From the NCBI GenBank assembly GCA_025786725.1, contig JAHLTZ010000004.1, forward strand, positions 682,001-746,000: DNA of 64,000 nt, given 5' to 3'. Numbering within the stretch: position 1 is the first letter of the stretch; each line of letters opens with the position of its first letter. Position numbers and translations under genes: made by a program. Source of the DNA: Syncephalis fuscata S228. Lineage: Eukaryota > Fungi > Zoopagomycota. Shown here one piece after another: positions 13,433 to 26,363 of this stretch. Under the pieces are notes generated by a model. The model had not been told where the DNA came from, did not search any database, and saw nothing but the letters and a program-made list of their open reading frames with translations.

Positions 13433-14665
13433 AATTAAAAAGTAACAATAATATTCATTTAGTAACAAAAAGATGACAATACTATGTATAACTCTGCATA
13501 GAATTGATTAAATTACATGATATTTTGCACAAATGTGTGTATAGAATATAGATAGCTATTGGTAAAGCATACCGTTATTATATTGTGTAATGGTATAATA
13601 GTAGTGATAATATGTTAATAAATATGCAAAGATAGCTGTTTTTTACAGATTATGACTTATATAAGTAAAATACAGTAAAATGATTGCTGGATTCGAGTTC
13701 TCCGTGCTTAGTTATCCAGATTGGTATGATTTATAGGCAACGATTTTGCAAAAAATGTTAGTTAAAAAATGCAATTTACGTATTTTTAATTCACTTAGTA
13801 AACGTTGATAAAATCACGTATAACTTTACGTATAGTCAAGCAAATTGTATGATATTTTGCACAAGTGTGCACATAGCGTATAGGTAGCCATTGGTACAGT
13901 ATACCGTTATTGCATTGTTTGATGATGCAGTAATTGTAATAGTACATTAATAAATGTACAAAAATAACAGTTTTTTACAGATTATAACATATATAAGTAA
14001 AATACAGCAAAATGATTGCTGGATTCGAGTTCTCCGTGCTTAGTTATACAGATTGGTATGATTTATAGGGCAATGATTTTTGCAACAAAAATAGGCCAAA
14101 AATGCCATTTATGTGTAAATCAGTTAACAAAAATTTAATATATATGTATATCTATGACATAAAATGCCACTGTACATTGGTATGTCTAGATATTGACTTG
14201 TTATTGTGCTTATTTTTTGCACTATAGAGTGGTTTGGACATTTGTTATGTCAAATTTTATTTAATATTAAAATCTTAAGCGTAAAACTTTAATTGCTTTT
14301 TGTTAACCGATTTACACATAAATTGCATTTTTGACTAACATTTTTTGTAAAAATCATTGCCCCATAAATCATACCAATCTGTATAACTAAGCACGGAGAA
14401 CTCGAATCCAGCAATCATTTTGCTGTATTTTACTTATATAAGTCATAATCTGTAAAAAACAGCTATCTTTGCATATTTATTAACATATTATCACTACTAT
14501 TATACCATTACACAATATAATAACGGTATGCTTTACCAATAGCTATCTATATTCTATACACACATTTGTGCAAAATATCATGTAATTTAATCAATTCTAT
14601 GCAGAGTTATACATAGTATTGTCATCTTTTTGTTACTAAATGAATATTATTGTTACTTTTTAATT
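13433..14665. mobile_element. Non-coding foldback/MITE-like element with ~345-bp terminal inverted arms and an internal third copy
   Basis: 13433-~13780 is the reverse complement of ~14320-14665 (outer ~240 bp apparently identical). A diverged direct copy of the arm lies at ~13845-14135. Confidence 0.8.
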
Positions 14666-15245
14666 TATTGTATTTGCTATATTTTTACAATTATGATTAA
14701 GAAAATCTACAACTTAGATGGCCAAGCAACACTTTATTTTGGCGCTACCTTATAATGCTAGCCTTTGATGTGTGCTAACATCTATCTTAATGTTCAAAAT
14801 ACAATGTGCTGATTGATTAGTATTACTTTGTAAATAAACTTAGTTTTATTAATCATTAGCCAGCACAGTTTGACTATAATAAAATGAATAACTTGCATTA
14901 CAAGAAGTAAAAATAAGATAAACTAGAAACGACTATTCTCATTATTGATATTGAATAAAACCATCATTATAATAAATATATTTAATAATAGAATTTAAAT
15001 GCTTGTACTATATATCATTAATGCAGCACATCAGCTTATATAGCCGCTTATATGTTTACAATAGCAAGTAGCTATTCGTCATATCTTCTTAATAGACATT
15101 TGCTACTAGTACTCAGTGCTAATATCCGATATGTATATTACTACTGTAACCAATCACATGCAACCTTAACTGGTTATCCAATCATACAGTAGATTTCATA
15201 GCCACATTTTTATAAAATCCCGTTTATAATATTGAAATAATAAAA
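14666..15245 (+). repeat. Old direct repeat copy B
   Basis: Homologous to ~12620-13220; begins immediately after the foldback element. Confidence 0.85.
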
Positions 15246-15571
15246 ATATTCTTGTACTATATATTCACGCTTAAACTAAAACAATTATTAAAGCGATAAT
15301 TAAATAATGACTGTTATAAGAATAGATTGCTTTACTATTATTATAGCCGTACATTGATTATTAATAGTGACGTATATTTATAATTAATAAAACATTATAC
15401 TACTATCAGCTAACTCTTCTTTGTCTGATATTAGTATTTGCGCTATTAATATCAATCTGACAGCATTTGTAATGTAGTAATAAACTAGCGATTTACGTAA
15501 TAGTACTGTCCAAACTAATAAGTAGCCATATAGTCACGTGACTTTCATTGTAAACCGGAGCAAAAGGTGAT

Positions 15572-15644
15572 TGGAGGACCTGGGCATCGATCCCAGTACC
15601 TCTCGCATGCTAAGCGAGCGCTCTACCATCTGAGCTAGACCCCC
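15572..15644 (-). tRNA. tRNA-Ala(AGC)
   Basis: GGGGGTCTAGCTCAGATGGTAGAGCGCTCGCTTAGCATGCGAGAGGTACTGGGATCGATGCCCAGGTCCTCCA; 73 nt cloverleaf, AGC anticodon, G3:U70 alanine identity pair. Confidence 0.97.
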
Positions 15645-16112
15645 ATTGGTCGTGGTTTTCCACAAAATTTTAGCAATTTTTGACTATATGTTTTTAATTA
15701 CTTTTGAATAAATAGCTAGAAATAAAGCTTAGCAAGAAAACAACTACATACGACAATAAAGACAGACGTTTAGTTTAATGATATTATATAAAAACAATAG
15801 TTTAACTATTTAGTAAATATTTTATTTGTAATGTTAGTTTATATAATGTATAACGTGCAAATAATGATGACTGATTAACTAACTAATCATCGTTATTTGC
15901 ACACTATACATATATAAAGTACCGTTACAACGTATAATTCAATAGTTTATATATGTTATAGGCATTCGTTATTTTATATGATAATAAAGCATAGTAAACT
16001 TAAATGTATTTTATAGCATGAAAGTATAGGAATAATATATGTCTTCTATATGGAACGATTAAAAACATGGCAACTTCTTTTTCTTTGTTTTTCCAATCAG
16101 TTCATTGTCAGT

Positions 16113-17280
16113 ATGTCCCAATCATCTCCTCCAGTGATTGTAGAGGAAGGAAGTACAGTCAGCACTCCGATTGTGTTAAAAGATGACTTGCCCACCACTA
16201 CTGATGTAGCAGTAGACAGCACGGCAAGCAATACTTTGAATGAAGTAAAGCCGAAACAAAACAACAATGCAACAACAACAACAACAACAACAGCAACAAC
16301 AGCAACAACATCTTTAAAGCCGCGTAGAAATCGACCTGGCACTAAAGGAGAGGTAATTGACAACTAGTGCAACAGAAAATTGTATATTTACTGTTTGATA
16401 GGACTGTTATCAATGGCGAGAAAGCACATTTGAGGATATAAAGTCACCGCTTGCTTTACAAGAATATCTTCTCGAGCTGGTTAGAGTTGATCGATCAAAC
16501 GTTAGCAAATTGCTACAGATGCCGCCGGGCCAGAATGAGGAAATCTGGCAGTATGAGCACCTACGGTATTGTTCAGTCCATAGCGTCATTATGATCACTG
16601 ACTAATGGCGTATGTGCACCTAGTATGCTGTGCATGGACATTAACTATTTAGTTATTCAACTCGAGATTGAGTGCACGAAGGAGTCATGTCCGGAAATGA
16701 AGGCCGACGAATGGCTATTTCTATGTGCGGCTCACTTGCAGCCACAAGCGGTAAGTAGATTTATGCTAATTTACGCTCCACATCTTATGTACATCAAATG
16801 TAGTGCTGCGCCATTGACTATGCATTCCACACACTTGATGGAGCCACTTCGTTACTAAATAGCCATAAATATTTTCCCAGTCGGTAAGTGGTATTGTAGC
16901 TGGTAATAGCGACGCAAGTATGTCTAATGCTTTTGCATAGACTGTCGATTATGAATAGCTCTCTTAAGCATTTCCAGTCAATTGCCCGTCGATTGTACCG
17001 TATATTTGCTCATGCATGGTATCATCATCGCGAAGAATTCAATAGTTTCGAGGCAAGTGCTTTTAATAACCTGCCACTACTTGCTTACCATTAATTTGAT
17101 CGTACACAGAGCGAATCCTATTTGTATGCACGTTTTGTGGCATTATCGCGCAAATACCACTTGATTCCAGACTCGCTCATGGTTATACCGGATCCTTCTC
17201 GACAAGGCAATAGTCATACAAGTCAGAACAACAATAATGGCACACGATTATTACACCCCACATCGGCAGCAAATCATTAA
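16113..17280 (+). CDS. MOB4: MOB-like protein phocein (MOB4/Mob3, STRIPAK subunit)
   Basis: RRNRPGTK, LALQEY, WQYEHLR, CPEMKADEWLFLCAAH, CCAIDYAFHTLDGATSLLNSHKYFPSR, ARRLYRIFAHAWYHH across 6 exons. The last intron (17053-17109) is GC-AG. Confidence 0.95.
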
Positions 17281-17331
17281 TTTACGTACAATCGTATATT
17301 TATTCGCTATTAAATACTAAACATGTCTTTT

Positions 17332-19816
17332 TTACACATCATCATCTTTTTCATCGTCAAGTGTGACTTGATGAACAAATGCCATTTGATTTGTTTTTAG
17401 TGCATTTTTCAGTTCAGATAGTAGCATGTTCTGTTCTGTGGTTGGCAACGACCGTGGTGTCCATGCCACCTCTGTAACTTCCTCTTCTTCCTTTTCTATC
17501 GTTTGTTTTACTTGCTTATTGATAGCAGCTGCAGTTGCCGTGTCAGACTTTTCATTATCGTCCATAGTTGGTGGTTTTAAAAACGAAGATGCTGTTCCAG
17601 TTTGTCGTTCTTGCTTACGATAATCAAGTACATGTTTTAATTCATGTACAAAACGAGTTGCTTCTTCGATGGTTGATTTTTCCTCTGCCTGTTTATTAAA
17701 ATAAGCTATATATTCTTTTCACTTAAATATACTTACTTCTTTTGCTCTTCGTTCTCGTTGAAATTCAATTCTTTCTTGGCGTGTCATTTTCTATCACATT
17801 TGTAATATTCGTATATATTATTATCATCGTTTTGCAATTAATTTTGTTTATGTTTTATCACTTACTTTACCATCAATTGTTGCGTCTGGTCCAGCTATTG
17901 CTTCAAACAGTTGCTCATCTCCTATCGGTTCAAGAGTGGGTGGTGCATCCCAATCGAATTTAATCTCTTCAGCTGACACAATTTCCTCCCAGGTCGGCTC
18001 ACGTTGTTTTAATAATGGCTCTGTATCCGTACTTATATCTTCCATCGTTAATGAACCATTTGTTTGCACAAGTTGTTGAGTAAGTTTCTGCATTTGCTCT
18101 AGACTTTGTACAATCAGCTGTGCTTCCGTGCCCATCATCGTTAGCCGTTGTATCAAATCATGATTAGGATTATTTATTGCTAAATCTATCCCCGTTTTCT
18201 GTACTTCATCCAAACCCGATGGTGCCATCAATAAAATATCATCTCTTAATAGTTTAGTTTTGTTTGCATAACTCTCAAATGCTGTTGCAGCAATGCAATT
18301 TGTTGCAATACAGGTCGACGACGATCGTTAGATGCCACATTCTCTGACGTGTTAAGCTGCTCCTCTTTTTCATTAGTCACATCTACAAATAACAATTAAT
18401 AACAGCTATATAAATCAAATTATTAATTTACCATGCTGTCGATCCCACACCATTTTCAATGAATCCGATTGCTCTTTTAGATATTGAGACATATTGTATA
18501 GTTGTTTACTCATTTGATACTTAGTTATTGTTGTTTTGGATTGTTTTGGTTGCCATAAAGTTCGATGATTATTGCTGTTATCAACATTGATGGCTAGTAA
18601 GTTACGTGCGCGCATTAAACAAACACAGCGTATTTCAAACGTAGCACTAATTATTTGTCGTATTATGTGCAAACTCAACGGGTCAATCTCCTTCTTTAGT
18701 GCGTCTTCTTGAACGGTGCTTTCAGTAACATCGATCCAATCCTGAACTAGGCTAAGCTCTTGGTCAATTTGGGACTTTGTAACCTCGTCTGCATTTGCTG
18801 ATGACGAGTAAAAGCACAGTGTTTCGTGAATAGCGGCCCATTTATTAACCATATTCTTCAGGGATCGATGCAGCAATAAGCGTAGATCCAACCCATAACG
18901 TGCACCTGTTTGCTGTTCAATCCGAGAGATAGGCGGCAATGGACCAGTTCTTCTAATAGTTAAAGATACACATACAGACAATAGCAGTAGCAATAATAAA
19001 GGATACAGTTGATAGCCACGAGCAATTAACTCCATTTCTTGGATGCTACGAACTATCCTAGTCATAGATCGATCATAATAACAGCTTGACTCCAATAGTT
19101 CTACCCATACATAATGTAAGGCAGTACTACTTAATCGATTCATAATCATGGTCTACATATTACTTTAGTAGTTCACTAACTAGTTTATAACCAACTTACC
19201 AATATATACAATATACCCATGGATACAATTATACAACTACCCATCAATTCATACCAGCCTAAATTACTGTCTAAATGATCGGCCAACCAGACCATACATA
19301 ATGAAATAGATACCAGTAGTACATAATAGTTTGTTGATAGTAGTGGTATAATCATCACAGTAGTTGAAGCTGCTATGCTCTTGTTAAATATATTTGCTGA
19401 ATATAATTCATGTAATTTAGCCTTTCCTCTACTTGATCCACGATTTAACAAATGGGATTGATGTAATAAACGCTCCATATCTTTAATCAATTCTTGATCC
19501 ACAGATATCGTGCTATTTAACATTATCTATTCGTATTGCTTAGTTTTACATTGTGTGATGTTGTATATTATTGCATACCATGGCAGTATATAAACGCCGC
19601 CATTTGTCAAGGACATAATTTAGAGCTTTGGTCCATTGACTAGGAGGTTTGTCATAAACTGGCTGTGCTATTTCCTCGCTGCCTATGGCTGTTACCCTCG
19701 ATAGGAATGAGTATATAAACCAGGTCAGATATTGGTCAATAGCTTACAGAAAAGTAGTCGGCCAGCGGGGAATCCTCATAGGTGACCGCCTCATCCAACT
19801 GTAATCCTTGATTCAT
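17332..19816 (-). CDS. Vezatin/Inp2-like myosin-binding membrane protein
   Basis: N-terminal VTYEDSPLADY, two TM segments, IQEMELIARGY motif followed by PLPPISRIEQ, C-terminal coiled coil and LLSELKNAL. Multi-exon. Confidence 0.8.
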
Positions 19817-20710
19817 GGCAAGAAAGTAATAGAAAAACGGCTATTGTATCATCAATATCCAGTATGGAAGTGTCAGTGATAAGGCAGCCTTTAATTGCCT
19901 ATTACCATAGTTGGTAATTGTATCATTAACGATACTAAATCACGTGATTTATACATTATCATGTCTATGATCGAATACACGATATACTGTCGATTTAATT
20001 CACTTGTTTGTGATCAATGCAATAATTTAAAGTAATTGGAATCCTTTCAGAGTATATACTGCCTTAATAATATATTAAAAGGATAATGCCTTGTTCAAAC
20101 ATAAAATAGGATTTATAATATTTTGTAAAGAAGAGTGTTGCTCAGTTCTTCCTTTACTACTCTTTAATTATCCCTCATTATTTGATTTTAACTAATTCTA
20201 ATGTATAGTTACATTAGCTAGACGTTTAAATATGCTAGAAAATCTATAAATTTTAGTTGGGTTTATTATCAATTCTATTAATTAATGATGCGTACAGATC
20301 AATAGCTGATGTTTATAAGTTCATTTTTTAAAGTGAAATGTAGCCTTAAGTCATGATACCAAAAGTTTTTTTTAACATATTTATTTAAATTACGTATATA
20401 ATATTATTACTAAAATATAATGTACTTATTTATATCTTCGAACTAACCGAGTCGGAATATGAAAAGAATGTAATTAATGACAAAAGATAGCTTGATTAAT
20501 AAAGCACAAGATAATAAAACAAAATAGAAAAAAAAGGACTATATAAATGATAATAGTAAAGGTAAATATACGATGAGTGGATGAAATAAGCAAAATAAAT
20601 CAACGTTTATAACAAATAAAGTTGGCAATAAAGAGTTATATTTTTATTAATAAAATGCGATCAGTAAATGCTATAACGATATGAAATAGAATGGATATAC
20701 AACGGTAAAT

Positions 20711-20810
20711 GATATAGATGGATAGATAATATATGCATACTGGATAATAAATCTATAATAATGAGTATTTAATAATCAATGTCACTCACCGCCCATCATT
20801 ATGTTTGATA
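20711..20810 (+). repeat. Dispersed ~100-bp motif, copy 1 of 3 (others ~28008-28083 and ~38122-38220)
   Basis: Consensus ATA(G/A)ATGGATAGATRATATATGCATACTGRATAATAAATCTAT..ATGAGTATTT. Confidence 0.75.
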
Positions 20811-22145
20811 GGTTGGATGTTATTAAAAATAGTCACTTGACCACCGGATCATGTTAAATGGCAATAAATAAAACAGCAATAAATAAATCATTGGCACTAT
20901 TATTAAAATAGTTGGTGTAGATGCAGTATTGAATGTAGCTACTTGTAATCTAGCCATTCAAGTATCAGTGACTTTAATTGAATACATGTACCAGTATTAT
21001 AGTTTTATTAAACAGAATAAGCACAACTTTGGACAAACTAGTAATGGAGTCACAGTGTTATGTCGATTCAGCAAACACCTCATGCGCTTCTTTATTAAAT
21101 CTACCATTTCAATGTAATAGATGTGTAATGCCCACCACCTCCCTCTTTATTACCACCACGTCAATCAAACCAAAGCATTTGGCAGATGCGCAATAGCAAT
21201 GCCAGTTAGTGTTGGGTAATATAAACCAAATGGGTATATGTTTCATTTAGAATCCAGTCCAAACGATAGTACCAACGACAGTATACAGTATTGTTGTCGA
21301 TGCTTGTGCCAACGAATTCTATAGTTGGTATTGTAAGTTGCATGCAAAATATTTGTGCCCGATAACAGATGCAGTTCAGATATACTTGTTGATCCGGCAC
21401 CAATGCTCGAATAGCTATAATAAAAGTGCGTTAGTATTGTTTAGTAGTAATAAGCACCTACATCTAGTTGATTGTTCCTTGCGTATAGTTTATAGTGTAC
21501 ATGCGTGTAGTTGTTTGTGTATTGTTGTTATCTGTTATACAAATAAACTAGAAATGTTGTTAAAAGTTGTTAAACAAGATAGCAGCTAATGCAGCAACTA
21601 TACGTCCACCTGGAGTACCGACGATAATACGACTTAATCGCAAATAACATTTGTCAGAAGCACATAGCTTTTACTAGCCACCATCAAGATGGCGATGCTG
21701 CTTAATAAATGTCATAATGTTACGTGGCTATAAGCAGCACTAAACTATAAATACTACATCATATTATAACTAAACAACATATTGCCATATACTGCTGCAC
21801 TATTAAAAGATTACAGTATAACAACTAGTCTACGCTACGACGTAATCAACCGTAGAGATATTGCTTAATTTTCGGTCGCTAGTACAAGTAAGTAGCAATC
21901 CTCATATTCTGTTCTAAGACGGCAGTTGAAAATTAAACAACATGTCGACTAGTGCCACACTGCAGTCGTTTAATAATGCCCACAAGTAAACAGTATGATA
22001 CATGTTCACCTATTATAGGCATTCGCATATCACACCAATCTAGTGTGTAATGGCAGTGTTCAGCAAGTTGAACAATACCAACACACCTCCAGCGCGCGTT
22101 ACAAACAGGTGAGCACTAACATATGGCCACCCATCACAGGTCGCC

Positions 22146-22335
22146 GCATCCATATGAGGGAAACACACAGCAATAACTGACTTGCTAAATACTGTTACTG
22201 CGCGCTCTAGCCTTTACAGGAGGGAGCATAGAGCAGTATTAAGCTAATACTGTGCGCCCTAGCGTCCCCCATGAGAGAGCGTGCAGCAATACCGACTTAT
22301 GTCCTATCACTGCACGCTCCAGCATCCCACATATC
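22146..22335. repeat. Array of ~4 degenerate palindromic (hairpin) units, period ~52-60 bp
   Basis: Units at 22196 (TACTGCGCGCTCTAGC..GGAGGGAGCATAGAGCAGTA), 22248 (TACTGTGCGCCCTAGC..TGAGAGAGCGTGCAGCAATA), 22308 (CACTGCACGCTCCAGC), with a partial unit at 22146. Confidence 0.65.
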
Positions 22336-23534
22336 TCCGCACTACACTAGTATACAGCCGCCTATTACGGGCAGCCATATAGTTGTTGAGCCAGTATAAT
22401 ACAGCAGCCTGCAAATACTGTATTGCACATTCAACACAGCTCAAAGCAAGAACACAGTATATCGTGATCAACCAACAAGGGGACCCCACACCACTGGATG
22501 TAACTACTAGATTTAATGCTAACCATTAAAAACGGTTTACAGCACATTAACAACTAGAAACAGGAGAAGGCGAAGTAATGAGCAAAAGTAATCTCAACAC
22601 AACCTTATAAACTTCAAAACATATCTACCAATTAGAATAAATAATATTGGTAAATAGTATGTGGTAGTGCTCATTGGGTATTGCACTGACTGAAACCTTC
22701 TAATGTCAGATACCATCTTATCAGTAAATTGGATTATAATCCCTTCCTTATTTCCATATTGCTCACTTTTTGCCTTCCATTTGCCAGTCATTTCCGCGCA
22801 TAATCAGCATATCTACACTGGCTAGTTGAATCAATTGGCCAATGCAACTGAAACATAGCCAAATACAACCATTCTTAATCAGTTGTACCACTATAATAGC
22901 GGCTCTTTCCGATGCTATCAATATTTTCAGGGTCTAGCGGGTATTTTTGCTTTCCCCCAAGTATCTTGCCATTCGCACACAATTAAATCAGTCGATCCAC
23001 ACAATTTATTACTGTATTAGTTAAATAAAAATGACTACTTTTCTTTAGAAATATGGTCTATAACATAATTCACCGATTGAGTTTCGATGCTACTAAATAG
23101 AATAAAATACACGTTGTTCATATTACATTACAAAGTCCGTTAAAGTTATGAAGTAAAAACAGGAATAAACACGTAACCATATCGACTGCAAAGGCCAACA
23201 TGAAAACCAGTATAATGTGGCACATGCATGCTTGGCCAAGTGACTATATAAAATACCGATATGTGTAATAGTTTGCTATACAACCTAAGGCTGAACTATA
23301 GCATCAGTAAGCAGAATATACTACAAGTATAATGCTATTAATTGTAAAATAAAGTGTACTATCGTTATATTACCTTCAATACTGCTGATATTGTGTTATT
23401 GTGTGTCTTTAAATTTATAATGACGCAATAACATAACTGTTTTGCTTTGCTTTCTGCTACCACTTTACTTTGAGTTTTACTTTCACTTTGGAATATCATT
23501 CGTTTTGACATTCATATTGAACACTTTTATCACT

Positions 23535-25749
23535 ATGACTTTTCCAAACTCAGAACAAACATTTACCTCTACATCTACTCCTACGCTGGGCACAATTCTT
23601 CATGTCCCAACTACTGCTGTTGTTGAACAGCCTCTCAATCTTCTAAGTAATGAAGATTTAATTTATTACACTGTTCCAGACTGCTGGGATTGTGTGCCAA
23701 AGAAAGCGAGTTGCTATTGTTGCTTGGGCCGATGTCTACGAAGCAGGATCTAAGAGTATGTTAAACAATACTGAATAACTATTTAGATAATTGATATTGT
23801 TTAGAGTGTATTTTACTAAAAGATAAACGCTATATCGTTGGAACAGACGAAAGCTGGTAATGTATAAAGACTATATGAAACAGTAAACTAACTACATGCA
23901 CGTGCTATACAGCAACTACTCTTTAGCCGCAAAGTTTATGCCAAAGCACTGCTTCAAACTCTTAGTAGTAAGTACAATATATACTTTACTAAACCGATAT
24001 TAACTATGAGCCATCATAGGAGGATGAAACTGTTACGTGCACGGTAAGAAAATAGTCATTTAACATTTTTAATGCTAATAAATTATTTAGAATATTGGAT
24101 TACCACTTTTAACGGGTTAGTTTGAATAGTTATCAACAGTTAAACTGCTAACATTTATTTTAGTTAATGAAACTGAGTTGCTTGTCGGCGAGGCAACAGT
24201 AGTAACCGATGATTGCGTTATCCATATACCTGGCAGTAACAGTAAGCAACAACTAATTATTATTATTATTTCTAATCATACTTGGTAGTAATGTTTAATA
24301 TTTATTTTATTAAACGTTATACCCCTATCCAAGTAGAAGACAGCTTGGAGTATGAGCAGGTAAGTTTATAAATACATTTCATATTATTGCTGTACTAACT
24401 TTATTGACACTATAGAAGATCAACACGCGATTTATGCTCATTGACAAGATCCTTGGCGAGTAAGTAACTAAACTTAACAAATTAATTAACTAACCAACTA
24501 TTTATAATAGGGGATCTTTCGGCAAGGTCCACCTGGGATTTGACCGCAGCACAGGGCGGCGTGCTGCAGTCAAAGTATCACCAGCAGAGGACAACATTAG
24601 CAGCTTCATCCATGAAGTCTGCGTACTAAGCGAGGTGTGTGGCCACCCTCGCATAGTAGGATTTATCGATGGCGAGATCACCGCCGCAAACACGTACTTA
24701 ATTCTCGAGTACGCGTCGGGTGGTGATCTAATCGATTACATTTGTCTTCATGAGACACTTCCAGAGATGGAAGCAAAAAATATCTTCAAACAGCTGCTTG
24801 AAGGCATTCAAGTAATACTATAAAACTTTAATTAAAATACTGACATTTTATTAGCACCTTCACAGCAAAGATATCATCCATTGCGGTAAGTAGCTGATCT
24901 ATTAATCAATATAATCACTAATCACTATTATTGTTGCTATTACTATTTAGATATCAAAGTAGGTCATTTATCTAATATTTATAACCATTGCTAACATTTA
25001 AACAGCCTGACAACATATTGCTGTTAGATGATCAGGGTGCTCCCAAAGTCGTTTTTTCAGACTTTGGAATGGCGCGCGTTCTTCCCCCTTCATCCGCTGT
25101 GACCACCGTCTATGGCACAGTGTCCTATATGGCACCTGAAGTGCTATTAGGATCTGAAGGGCGGGAGAAAATGCTTTCCATCGTCGAAACGATTTGCTGG
25201 CCCGCGAATCGTTTCCCTTCAACATTGCTGAATGCTGAAGGGTATGGAAAGCCTGCTGACATGTGGAGCCTGGGGGTAACGCTTCACGTAATGCTATTTG
25301 GTAAGTACAAACAAGAATAAAAATAATATACTAACTATTCTATACTATTGATTAGGCGATTGGCCCTATGCCTTTACGGACAGCAAATCTGTGTATTTAA
25401 AAAGCATGCTACAGAATTTGCCGACATTTGGCCGAGGAAGAAAAGATAGACCAAGCGAAAAAGGTAAGCTGAATACTTTTTTATTAACAATAGCTAATAT
25501 ATTGCAGCCATTGAGTTGATGGAAGGATTGCTTGATCTCGATGTTAAGACGCGGTTTACTGCTGAAAACGCGTTGAAATGTACCTGGTTTAACGATGAGC
25601 CAGTAGTTGCAACTACACCTGTAGCAGTAATGGCAACATCAACAACAACAAAATCATCATCATCATCAATCAGTGACAACAACAGCAGTACCAACAACAA
25701 CAACAACAAAATCATCATCAGTACCAACAGCAGCGGCACTGGTGCATAA
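23535..25749 (+). CDS. FHA-like domain + CAMK-type Ser/Thr kinase (Chk2/Dun1/Mek1-like architecture, non-RD)
   Basis: LGEGSFGKV, AAVK, LILEYASGGDL, HCDIKPDNILL, DFGMAR, GTVSYMAPE, DMWSLGV, RFTAENAL. Degenerate FHA-like N-terminal exons; more than 12 introns including an 8-nt exon. The true C-terminus may extend to 25870 past a frameshift. Confidence 0.85.
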
Positions 25750-26170
25750 GCCTTTACGACGACGAAGACGCAAGTTAAAGCGTCAGTGCTACTCAAAATA
25801 CAAGACGCAAGGTGTAGCCAAACGGATACTTCCTTTCCGCAAGTGTCGTCTTTACAAAAAGGCATATTAGTTAAAAGGTAAAAGCTCAACAACAATCATA
25901 CAAATCGCAATACTAACTATCTATATATTCAGCTGTTCCATTTCATTCGTTCATTATTTGCCTATATGTTATCAATAAATATCGCAATTACTCTTTATTT
26001 AGTATATAAACCATCGTTCTATCTTCTATAATGCGGCAATAATTGGTATGTTTATTTTAATGATTTTTGGTGTCAAATGACTATTATTTTAATACATTCG
26101 CTATTATACTGAATCTATGTTCTATAATAAAGAATAGTTCTAGGGGTAAATGACCTTTATTCTCAATGCA

Positions 26171-26363
26171 TTTATTCATTTACTATTAGTCTGTTCTATG
26201 ATGTATCGACACATTGGGTAGATTGACTTTTATTATTTACACTCCATTTATTAATGAATTAAACTCGGCTGTTTATAAATATTAACTGACAGACTCACAG
26301 CTCACAATCTACGTCATCACATTTTCCTTTCTCTTTCTTCACACTTGACAGCATATATCCATT
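26171..26363 (+). repeat. Dispersed ~190-bp repeat, copy 2
   Basis: Homologous to 6781-6972. Confidence 0.9.

Noticed and set aside
14380-14412. Resemblance of the foldback arm (CACGGAGAACTCGAATCC) to the Fanzor-associated motif (CACAGAGAACGCGGGTTT)
   Set aside because: Only about 12 of 18 identical, with no upstream hairpin or TGAGA; cannot be told from chance by eye.
22146-22335. CRISPR array
   Set aside because: Eukaryotic context, degenerate repeats, linkers only ~7-20 nt, no cas genes.
22594-23000. Possible decayed coding sequence on the minus strand
   Set aside because: No recognisable motif; several stops.
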